A stretch of DNA of 24,000 bases, taken from positions 21,742-45,741 of the forward strand of contig NZ_JBEOWY010000041.1 in NCBI RefSeq assembly GCF_040296285.1, in the 5' to 3' direction. The stretch comes from Kitasatospora sp. NPDC002227. Lineage in GTDB: Bacteria; Actinomycetota; Actinomycetes; Streptomycetales; Streptomycetaceae. Shown here piece after piece: positions 1-6,842 of the stretch. The notes beneath the pieces were generated by a model. That model was given only the letters and a program-made list of their open reading frames with translations. It was not told where the DNA came from and did no database searches. Position 1 is the stretch's first letter; each line of letters opens with the position of its first letter. The position numbers and the translations under genes were made by a program.

Positions 1-1
1 C

Positions 2-607
2 CGCGCCTACTGGACGGCGGCGATCGCCCCGCACTGGCCGCGCATGCAGCAGCTGCTCGAGGGCGAAGTGCTGCGCCGCGCACGGCAGATGTCGGCCGGC
101 GGGCCGGCCGCGCTCTTCGCCGACCTGCACCCCCGGGTGAGCTGGGAGCGCGGCACCCTGCACATCGCCCACCGCTGGTACCACGGCGAGCAGCGCCTGG
201 ACGGCGAACGCGGTCTCGTGCTCGTCCCGGCCGTGTTCGCCTGGCCCGGCCTCTACACCCAGACCAGGCCGCCGCACCAGCCGAGCCTGACCTACCCGCC
301 GCGCGGTGTGGCCACCCTCTGGGAGCGTCCCGCCCCGGCCCCCGGCGGCCTGTCCGCCCTGCTCGGCCCCTCCCGTGCCTTGCTGCTCGCCGAGCTCGGC
401 GCCCCCGCCACCACCACCGAACTGGCCCACCGCACCGGCCTGTCCGCCCCGAACGTCTCCCACCACCTCGCCACCCTCACCGGCGCCGGCCTGCTCACCC
501 GCCACCGCACCGGCCGCACCGTCCGCTACACCCGCACCCCGGCCGCCGACACCCTCCTGGCGGCGGCCCTGGGCCAGGTCAGAGCCACCCGCGGTGAGCA
601 GCCTTGA
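2..607 (+). CDS. ArsR-family winged-helix transcriptional regulator, C-terminal part (5' end runs off the window)
   Basis: The frame is open from nt 2 (RAYWTAAIAPHWPRMQQ...), so the ATG at 44 is probably internal. The C-terminal wHTH LLLAELGAPATTTELAHRTGLSAPNVSHHLATLTGAGLLTRHRTGRTVRYTRT is typical ArsR/SmtB. The N-terminal part resembles the DUF5937-type extension of Streptomyces ArsR paralogues. Codons are GC3-rich. Confidence 0.75.
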   Translation, partial: RAYWTAAIAPHWPRMQQLLEGEVLRRARQMSAGGPAALFADLHPRVSWERGTLHIAHRWYHGEQRLDGERGLVLVPAVFAWPGLYTQTRPPHQPSLTYPPRGVATLWERPAPAPGGLSALLGPSRALLLAELGAPATTTELAHRTGLSAPNVSHHLATLTGAGLLTRHRTGRTVRYTRTPAADTLLAAALGQVRATRGEQP

Positions 608-1553
608 TGCCGGCCTCGAAGCGGCTGCCGGCGCCCAGGCGCTCCATGATCGAGGCCATCAGCCGGTTGACGGTCCGGGAGGAGACGCCCAGGCGCTGGC
701 CGGCGGTGTCGTCGGTGAGTCCGGAGCCCAGCAGGCGCAGCAGTTCGCGTTCGGTGCCGCTCAGCCCGGTCGCGGCGTCCTCGGCGCGGGCCGCGCCGAG
801 CGGGACAGCGGTCTCCCAGGCCTGGTCGAACAGCTCGCACAGGGCTCCCACCAGGCCCGGCTCGGTGACGTGCAGAGCGCCTCTGCGGGTGTCGGCGGGG
901 TCGATCGGGACGAGGGCCTGGGCTCGGTCGACGATGACCAGGCGCTGGGGGATGACCGGGGCGGTGCGGATCTCGCCGCCGTGGTCGAGCATCCAGTCGG
1001 CGTGGGCGGCGGTGTGCGGGGCGTTGCGGACGGCGTCCTGGTAGAGGCCCTTGATCGCGATGCCGCGGGCCAGCGCCCCGGCGTTGGCGGCCCGGGCGGC
1101 CGCCAATTCCTCCGGGCGGTGGCCGGTGCCGGGGTGGACGCCGAGGCACTCGGCCTGCGCCCGGCGGCCGAGCTCCTCCAGCCGGTCCTGGACGGCGTCC
1201 ATGCCCAGCAGGCGTTCGCCGTGCGCGGCACGGCTCTCGGCACGGTCGGCGACCAGCCTGGTCACGGCGGCGCGGGAGGCGGCGAGCTGGGCCTGGCGGG
1301 CGGCCAGTTCGGCCTCCTGGCGGGCCAGCATGTCCGCGAGGCCGACTTCGGGACTGACCGCGCGCATCCGGCCCGGGTGTTCGCCGGAGGCGCGCACCAG
1401 CAGCAGGCCGGCGAGTTCGTCCAGGCAGGCGTGCACCTGGCCGGCGGTCAGGTCCGCGGCGGCGGCCAGTGCGGCGACCCCGTCGCCCGGCCGGTCGAGC
1501 ATGGCCCGGTAGACGGCCGCGGCGGCGCCGGACAGCCCCAAGGATTCGAGCAT
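579..1553 (-). CDS. LuxR-family transcriptional regulator (TrmB-like N-terminal HTH plus C-terminal GerE/LuxR HTH)
   Basis: 324-aa ORF. The C-terminus LSGTERELLRLLGSGLTDDTAGQRLGVSSRTVNRLMASIMERLGAGSRFEAGIKAAHRGWL is a classic LuxR/GerE HTH. The N-terminus MLESLGLSGAAAAVYRAMLDRPG...LDELAGLLLVRAS looks TrmB-like. Its 3' end overlaps the convergent ArsR gene by 29 nt. Confidence 0.8.
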   Translation of the reverse strand: MLESLGLSGAAAAVYRAMLDRPGDGVAALAAAADLTAGQVHACLDELAGLLLVRASGEHPGRMRAVSPEVGLADMLARQEAELAARQAQLAASRAAVTRLVADRAESRAAHGERLLGMDAVQDRLEELGRRAQAECLGVHPGTGHRPEELAAARAANAGALARGIAIKGLYQDAVRNAPHTAAHADWMLDHGGEIRTAPVIPQRLVIVDRAQALVPIDPADTRRGALHVTEPGLVGALCELFDQAWETAVPLGAARAEDAATGLSGTERELLRLLGSGLTDDTAGQRLGVSSRTVNRLMASIMERLGAGSRFEAGIKAAHRGWL

Positions 1554-1789
1554 GGTGGTGTGCCCCCCGTGAACACGCGTCGCGCTTCGGAACCGGGCTC
1601 ATGATGGCAGTCTCCCCCGCTGTCTGCATGCGCTGTTTGGTTAGGCACCACGGCAGTTGACGGGCCGGGCGCGAGCCCCTGTCGGGATCCCGCCTGGCGC
1701 CTTGGCGACAGCCCGAAGCCCTGGCGGCCCGGCCGCCCGGCGGCGAAGCTTGAGCCATCGCCGCTCCTCCTCCCGCAAGGACAACGACC

Positions 1790-1930
1790 ATGACCCGCCT
1801 GCCACTTGCCGTCGCCACCGCGGTCGCCGCCCTCGCCGTGGTCCTGCCGCCCACGGCGGTCACCACGACTCCCGCCGCCCCGGCCGGCTCCTCGGCAGCG
1901 GTGAACCCCACCGAGTTCCAGTGGGGCTGA
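1790..1930 (+). CDS. Small exported peptide, 46 aa (not in the ORF track): MTRLPLAVATAVAALAVVLPPTAVTTTPAAPAGSSAAVNPTEFQWG
   Basis: ATG at 1790 sits 8 nt after AAGGA (1777-1781). 42 of 46 codons end in G or C. The product has a basic n-region, a hydrophobic core and a Pro/Thr/Ala linker. The TGA at 1928-1930 lies 7 nt before the next ORF. The gene is divergent from the LuxR gene. Confidence 0.45.
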   Translation: MTRLPLAVATAVAALAVVLPPTAVTTTPAAPAGSSAAVNPTEFQWG

Positions 1931-1937
1931 CCCGGCA

Positions 1938-2246
1938 GTGGACATCGTCTACCTCAGCCTGGAGCACCGCCCCGGCGCCACCCGGGCCGTCGGCACCGAG
2001 GCCGCCCAGGTCCTCGACACCCTGTGGGCCCACGCCACCGCCGAGGACGGCCTGGAGCACGCCAGCGCCCGCACCGAGCCCGGCCGCCTCGACCTGCTCC
2101 TCTTCCTCCTCCCGTCCGAGGCCCCTGACACCCCGGACGCCACCCACCGCGCCGCCGCCCTGCTCACCCGCTGCCACCGCAACTCCCGCGCTCTGAAGCT
2201 GCGTTACCTCCCGCCGGCCCCCGCGCTGAGCACCCCCGGCCGCTGA
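1938..2246 (+). CDS. Hypothetical protein, 102 aa, no signal peptide, no family recognised
   Basis: GTG start 7 nt after the peptide gene stop. GC3 is strongly biased throughout. The ORFs on the opposite strand here (1860..2435, 1949..2182) translate to Arg/Gly/Ala low-complexity sequence. Confidence 0.55.
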   Translation: MDIVYLSLEHRPGATRAVGTEAAQVLDTLWAHATAEDGLEHASARTEPGRLDLLLFLLPSEAPDTPDATHRAAALLTRCHRNSRALKLRYLPPAPALSTPGR

Positions 2247-2364
2247 CACCCCGCGCCCGGCCCCGCCGACCGCTGTTCCTGCAGGACAGCCGTCCGCCCC
2301 CGTCATCCGCACGCGCCGGCGTCCGCCGTGCGCCGGAACACCTTCCACTGACAGGAGTACCGCC

Positions 2365-4008
2365 ATGCCTCGCAAGCCCATCGCCCGGACCCTCGCCATG
2401 ACCGCCGCCCTCGCTGTCGCCGGCTCCGGCCTCATCTCCGTCGCCGCCGCCCCGGCGAACGCGGCCGCCAGCCGCAGCCAGATCGTCTCCGCCGCCGTCG
2501 GCCAGCTCGGCCACGGCTGCTCGTCCGCCTACGACGGCATGGACTGCAGCCTCAACTGGTGCGCCGCCTTCGCCACCTGGGCCTGGGGCCAGGGCGGCGT
2601 CGACGTCTCCAGACTCGGCTGGACGGTCACCACCTTCGTCAACTACGGCGACAACAACGGCACCTGGCACGATCCGGGCACCTACACCCCGCAGCCGGGT
2701 GACGCCATGATCTTCGGCGGCAGCGGATTCCCGACCAAGGCCAGCGGCGGCGCCCACGTCGGCATCGTGGAGAAGGTCAACAGCAACGGCACCATCACCG
2801 AGATCGGCGGCAACCAGGGCAACTCGGTCACCGAAGTCACCGGCACCGCCGACTCCATCGAGCACAACCTCGAAGGCTCCTCCTACAACTTCCTCGGCTA
2901 CGTCAGCCCCGCCGGCCTGGCGACGACCACGCCGCCGCCCGCCTCCACCTCGGCCGTCGCGGCCGGCACCAAGGGCTCGGTGGTGTACCCGAACGGTCTC
3001 GCCGCCACCTTCAAGATCCAGGGCGGCAGCCTCTACGACGCCTGGCAGACCCTTCCGACCCGGACCTTCACGTCGGCGAACCTCGGCGACGGCGGAGCCG
3101 GCGGTCTGGTCGGCACCCCGAACGTCATTCTCGACACCAGCGGCCGCACGAGCGTCTTCGCCCGCACCAGCGGCGGCGCGATCGCCACCGTCTGGCAGCC
3201 CGCCGCAGGCGCCGCCATGGACCAGTGGGCCACCAACCTCGCCGCCGGCTCGCCGACCTTCGCGAGCGATCCCACCACCGTGCGCTACAACAACGGCGCA
3301 TTCGGCGTGTTCGCGATCGACACCAGCGGGAGCCTGTGGACCAGCTGGCAGCCCGGCGCCGGCTCCGGCTGGGTCGGCTGGGTCAACCTCGGCAACGGCG
3401 GCACCGGCGGCCTCACCGGCAACCCCACCGCCATCATGAACACCAACGGCCTGCCCAGTGTCTTCGCCCGCACCACCAGCGGCGCGATCGCCACCGTCTG
3501 GCAGCCCGCCGCAGGCGCCGCCATGGACCAGTGGGCCACCAACCTCGCCGCCGGCTCCCCGACCTTCGCGAGCGATCCCACCACCGTGCGCTACAACAAC
3601 GGCGCATTCGGCGTGTTCGCGATCGACACCAGCGGGAGCCTGTGGACCAGCTGGCAGCCCGGCGCCGGCTCCGGCTGGGTCGGCTGGGTCAACCTCGGCA
3701 ACGGCGGCACCGGCGGCCTCACCGGCAACCCCACCGCCGTCACGAACGCCAACGGCCTGCCCAGTGTCTTCGCCCGCACCACCAGCGGCGCGATCGCAAC
3801 CGTCTGGCAGCCCGCCGCAGGCGCCGCCATGGACCAGTGGGCCACCAACCTCGCCGCCGGGGCCCCGGCCTTCACCCGCGACCCCAGCGCGGTGCTCTAC
3901 CCCAACGGAGCGTTCGCGGCCTTCGCCGTCGACGGCACCGGTGCCGAGTGGGCCAGCTGGCAGAACAGCGCGGGTGCGGGATTCACCAACTGGGCCCAGG
4001 TCCAGTAG
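2365..4008 (+). CDS. Secreted CHAP-domain peptidoglycan amidase/peptidase fused to a seven-blade PLL/DUF346-like beta-propeller (putative lectin)
   Basis: AGGAG (2353-2357) lies 7 nt before the ATG. Sec signal MPRKPIARTLAMTAALAVAGSGLISVAAAPANA|AAS. CHAP motifs: SLNWCAAFATWAW (Cys codon 2560-2562), GGAHVGIVEKV (His codon 2755-2757) and ITEIGGNQGN. A PPPAST linker follows, then seven blades of about 50 aa in two alternating types (VFARTxSGAIATVWQP...DQWATNL and GVFAIDTSGSLWTSWQPGAGSGWVGWVNLG), spanning about 2974-4005. Confidence 0.8.
   Translation: MPRKPIARTLAMTAALAVAGSGLISVAAAPANAAASRSQIVSAAVGQLGHGCSSAYDGMDCSLNWCAAFATWAWGQGGVDVSRLGWTVTTFVNYGDNNGTWHDPGTYTPQPGDAMIFGGSGFPTKASGGAHVGIVEKVNSNGTITEIGGNQGNSVTEVTGTADSIEHNLEGSSYNFLGYVSPAGLATTTPPPASTSAVAAGTKGSVVYPNGLAATFKIQGGSLYDAWQTLPTRTFTSANLGDGGAGGLVGTPNVILDTSGRTSVFARTSGGAIATVWQPAAGAAMDQWATNLAAGSPTFASDPTTVRYNNGAFGVFAIDTSGSLWTSWQPGAGSGWVGWVNLGNGGTGGLTGNPTAIMNTNGLPSVFARTTSGAIATVWQPAAGAAMDQWATNLAAGSPTFASDPTTVRYNNGAFGVFAIDTSGSLWTSWQPGAGSGWVGWVNLGNGGTGGLTGNPTAVTNANGLPSVFARTTSGAIATVWQPAAGAAMDQWATNLAAGAPAFTRDPSAVLYPNGAFAAFAVDGTGAEWASWQNSAGAGFTNWAQVQ
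3154..3860 (+). repeat. In-frame 306-bp tandem repeat (about 2.3 copies; each unit is two propeller blades) inside the CHAP-lectin gene
   Basis: The gtcttcgcccgcacc anchor recurs at 3154, 3460 and 3766, a period of exactly 306. Segment 3178-3432 matches 3484-3738 except for one synonymous change (g3252 versus c3558). The third copy stays near-identical to about 3860 and then diverges. Confidence 0.9.
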
Positions 4009-4023
4009 CCGACCGCCGCCCGG

Positions 4024-4062
4024 CCCGGCCCTGAGCTGATCAGGGACCAGCTCAGGGCCGGG
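4024..4062 (+). terminator. Stem-loop terminator candidate after the CHAP-lectin gene
   Basis: Perfect 15-bp stem cccggccctgagctg (4024-4038) / cagctcagggccggg (4048-4062) with a 9-nt loop, starting 16 nt after the stop codon. There is no U-tract, which is common for Streptomyces terminators. Confidence 0.6.
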
Positions 4063-4115
4063 TCAGGGGCGTTCCCGGATGCCCCGGCCCGGCCGCCGCG
4101 CCCAGGATGGACGCC

Positions 4116-5330
4116 ATGCGAACCGAAGCCACCACCCGCCGCCTGGCGGCCGTCGCCGCCTTGACCGTGGTCGCGGCGGCCACCGCCGCCCCCGCCGCGC
4201 TGGCAGCCGACCACGGCCGCGAGCGCGGCGGCATCGTCTCCGTCCAGCAGATCGACCGCCTCAGCCGGGACGAGGCGCAGCAGCAGATCACCGGGCGCGG
4301 CTACGACGGGCCGGCGGCCCGGTACGGCGTGGCGGACTACCGGGTGCTCTACCGCACCGTCGACCCGCTGGGCCGGCCCATCACCGCGAGCGGACTGGTC
4401 AGCCTGCCGGAGACGGCGCAGCGCGAACTGAACACCGTGGTCTACGAGCACGGCACCACCGCCGCCAAGGCGGACGCCCCCTCGGCCGACGGCACCGACC
4501 GCGCCGACGCGGTGCTGTTCGCCGCCGCCGGGTACGCCACCGTCGCCCCCGACTACCTGGGCCTGGGCAGCGGGCCCGGGCTGCACCCGTACGCCGACAC
4601 GGCCTCGGAGGCCACCGCCTCGCTCGACCTGCTGCGGGCCGCCCGCCGGCTGGTCCAGGAGCACGGGCACCGGCTGGGGCACGGGGTGCAGATCACCGGC
4701 TTCTCCCAGGGCGGTCCGGCCGCGATGGCGCTCGGCCGGGCCCTGCAGCAGGGCGCGGACCCGCACTTCCGGCTGGTGTCGCTGGCCCCGGTCAGCGGCC
4801 CGTACGACGCCCAGCACGCCGAGGCCCCGGCCGGGCTGGCGGACGGCACGCTGGACGGGCGGACCACCAACTACCTGTTCGGGTACTGGCTCACCGCGAT
4901 GAACCGCGAGTACCACCTGTACGACAACCCCGCCGAGCTGTTCCAGGCGCCGTACGACCGGCAGGTGGAGGCCCTCTACGACGGCACCCACACGGACGGC
5001 GAGATCTTCGCCGCCATCCCTGCCGACCCGCACGCCTTCCTGACCCCGCACGCGATCGCCTGGGCGCTGCACCCCACCGGCGCGCTGCTGCGGGCCTTCC
5101 GGGCCAACGACGACACCTGCGACTGGGCCCCCGACGTCCCCGTCCAGCTCTTCGCGGCGGACGGGGACCACGCGGTGGCCTACCTCAACTCGCAGTACTG
5201 TGCCCGGGCCCTCACCGCGAACGGCGCCCAGGTCACCCTGACCGACGTCGGAGCGGTCGACCACTCACCGTCCCGCCGCGCGGCGCTGCCGCAGGTCGCC
5301 GCCCTGTTCGAGCAGCGGCTGCCCGCCTAG
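4116..5330 (+). CDS. Secreted alpha/beta hydrolase, LIP-like lipase/esterase, with a probable Tat signal
   Basis: Nucleophile elbow ITGFSQGGPAAMALG (G-x-S-x-G). N-terminus MRTEATTRRLAAVAALTVVAAATAAPAALA|ADHG has a TRR motif and an AxA cleavage site. I prefer ATG 4116 (AGGA 8 nt upstream) over the track start at 4107. Confidence 0.7.
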   Translation: MRTEATTRRLAAVAALTVVAAATAAPAALAADHGRERGGIVSVQQIDRLSRDEAQQQITGRGYDGPAARYGVADYRVLYRTVDPLGRPITASGLVSLPETAQRELNTVVYEHGTTAAKADAPSADGTDRADAVLFAAAGYATVAPDYLGLGSGPGLHPYADTASEATASLDLLRAARRLVQEHGHRLGHGVQITGFSQGGPAAMALGRALQQGADPHFRLVSLAPVSGPYDAQHAEAPAGLADGTLDGRTTNYLFGYWLTAMNREYHLYDNPAELFQAPYDRQVEALYDGTHTDGEIFAAIPADPHAFLTPHAIAWALHPTGALLRAFRANDDTCDWAPDVPVQLFAADGDHAVAYLNSQYCARALTANGAQVTLTDVGAVDHSPSRRAALPQVAALFEQRLPA

Positions 5331-6784
5331 AACGGGAAGCGAGAACGCTCGTGCTGGATCGAGATCCACTTGAGCGTGGTGAAGGCCTCCACCGTGGCGT
5401 CGCCGTTGAGGCGGCCCACCCCGGAGGCCTTCTCGCCGCCGAAGGGGACGATCGGCTCGTCCGCGATGGTGCCGTCGTTGATGTGGATCATGCCGGTCTC
5501 GATCCGCTGGGCCAGCCGGACCCCGCGCTCGATGTCGCCGGTGTGCACGGCGCCGCTCAGCCCGAACGGGGTGTCGTTGGCGATCCGCACCGCCTCCTCC
5601 TCCCCGTCGAAGGGGACGATCAGCACGACCGGGCCGAACACCTCCCGCCGCAGGATCGCCGCGTCATCGGGCACGCCGCCGAGCACCACCGGGTCCATCA
5701 GGGCGCCGACGGTCTGCCCGCGCAGCAGCACCTGGGCGCCCTCCTCGACGGCCTTGTCCACCTGCGCGCCGACGGCGTCGGCCTGGGCGGTGTTGATCAG
5801 CGGGCCGATCTGGGTGGCCGGGTCGTGCGGGTCGCCGACCTTCAGCGAGGCGACCTTGGCGACGAACTTCTCGGTGAACTCGGGCAGCAGCGAGCGGTCC
5901 ACCAGCACCCGGTTGGCGGCCATGCATACCTGCCCCTGGTGCGCGAAGCGGCTGAACACCGCCGCGTCCACCGCGTAGTCCACGTCCGCGTCGTCCAGCA
6001 CGATCAGCGCGCTGTTGCCGCCGAGCTCGAGGACGCTCCGCTTGAAGTGCCCGGCGGCCACCTGGGCCACGTGCCGGCCGACGGTGTCGGAGCCGGTGAA
6101 GGCGATCACCTTGGGCACCGGGTGCTCGAGGAAGGCGTCGCCGATCTCGGCGATGTCGGTGAGCACCACGTTGAGCAGGCCCGGGGGCAGCCCGGCGTCC
6201 TCGAAGAGCTTGGCGATCAGCGTGCCGCCGGTGATCGGGGCGTCCTGGTGCGGCTTGAGCACGACGCCGTTGCCGAGCGCGAGCGCGGGGGCCACGGCCT
6301 TGAGCGACAGGAAGAACGGGAAGTTGAACGGGCTGATCACGCCGACCACGCCGACCGGCAGCCGGTAGAGCCGGTTCTCCTTGCCGTCCACCGGGGAGGG
6401 CAGGATCCGGCCCTCGGCCCGCAGCGAGAGCTGCATCGCCTCGCGCAGCATGTCCTTGCAGAGCGAGATCTCGAACCCGGCCTTGAGGTAGGTGCCGCCG
6501 AGCTCGGTGATGATCGTCTCGGTGATCTCCTGCTCGCGCTCCTCGATCAGCCGCAGCACCCGCTCGAAGACCAGCCGCCGCGCGTACGGGTTCTTCCGCG
6601 CCCAGGCCTTCTGCACCCGCTCGGCGGCCCGGTACGCCTGGTCCAGCTCGCCCACGGTGGCGACGGTGATCGAGGCCAGCTTCTCGCCGTTGTACGGGTT
6701 CAGGTCGACGATGTCCCAGGAGCCGCTGCCGGTGGTCCACTCACCGTCGATGTACTGCCGCGACAGTTGCGAGAAGTAGGACAT
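5327..6784 (-). CDS. NAD(P)-dependent aldehyde dehydrogenase family protein
   Basis: 485 aa. Hallmark motifs are ELGGNSALIV (catalytic Glu) and FAHQGQVCMAANRVLV (catalytic Cys), plus GSDTVGRHV and the PFGGEKASGVGR tail. AAGGGA lies upstream of the ATG. The stop codon overlaps the stop of the convergent hydrolase gene. Confidence 0.9.
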   Translation of the reverse strand: MSYFSQLSRQYIDGEWTTGSGSWDIVDLNPYNGEKLASITVATVGELDQAYRAAERVQKAWARKNPYARRLVFERVLRLIEEREQEITETIITELGGTYLKAGFEISLCKDMLREAMQLSLRAEGRILPSPVDGKENRLYRLPVGVVGVISPFNFPFFLSLKAVAPALALGNGVVLKPHQDAPITGGTLIAKLFEDAGLPPGLLNVVLTDIAEIGDAFLEHPVPKVIAFTGSDTVGRHVAQVAAGHFKRSVLELGGNSALIVLDDADVDYAVDAAVFSRFAHQGQVCMAANRVLVDRSLLPEFTEKFVAKVASLKVGDPHDPATQIGPLINTAQADAVGAQVDKAVEEGAQVLLRGQTVGALMDPVVLGGVPDDAAILRREVFGPVVLIVPFDGEEEAVRIANDTPFGLSGAVHTGDIERGVRLAQRIETGMIHINDGTIADEPIVPFGGEKASGVGRLNGDATVEAFTTLKWISIQHERSRFPF

Positions 6785-6842
6785 CGGATCCCTTTCGACA
6801 GGCCAGGCCGCATCGCTGACGGATCATCATCGTACTGATGCG

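Noticed and set aside
1601-1660. 19-codon micro-ORF MMAVSPAVCMRCLVRHHGS in the LuxR/peptide divergent region
   Set aside because: It has low GC3 and no RBS. It lies in the relatively AT-rich stretch that more likely holds the divergent promoters.
292-1945. ORFs 306..1604 (+), 526..1911 (-), 1448..1945 (-) and similar
   Set aside because: They are shadow frames of the ArsR and LuxR genes and of the intergenic region. They are Pro/Arg/Ala-rich and lack a codon-position GC pattern.
3154-3860. Regular repeats considered as a possible CRISPR array
   Set aside because: The period is 306 bp with no unique spacers. The repeats are in-frame coding units of a beta-propeller domain.
3897-6838. Long ORFs 4079..6838 (+, 919 aa), 3897..5264 (-), and 5664..6740 (-)
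   Set aside because: They are off-frame or antisense shadows of the hydrolase and aldehyde dehydrogenase genes. Their composition is Arg/Pro/Gly-rich and they cross two real genes of opposite orientation.
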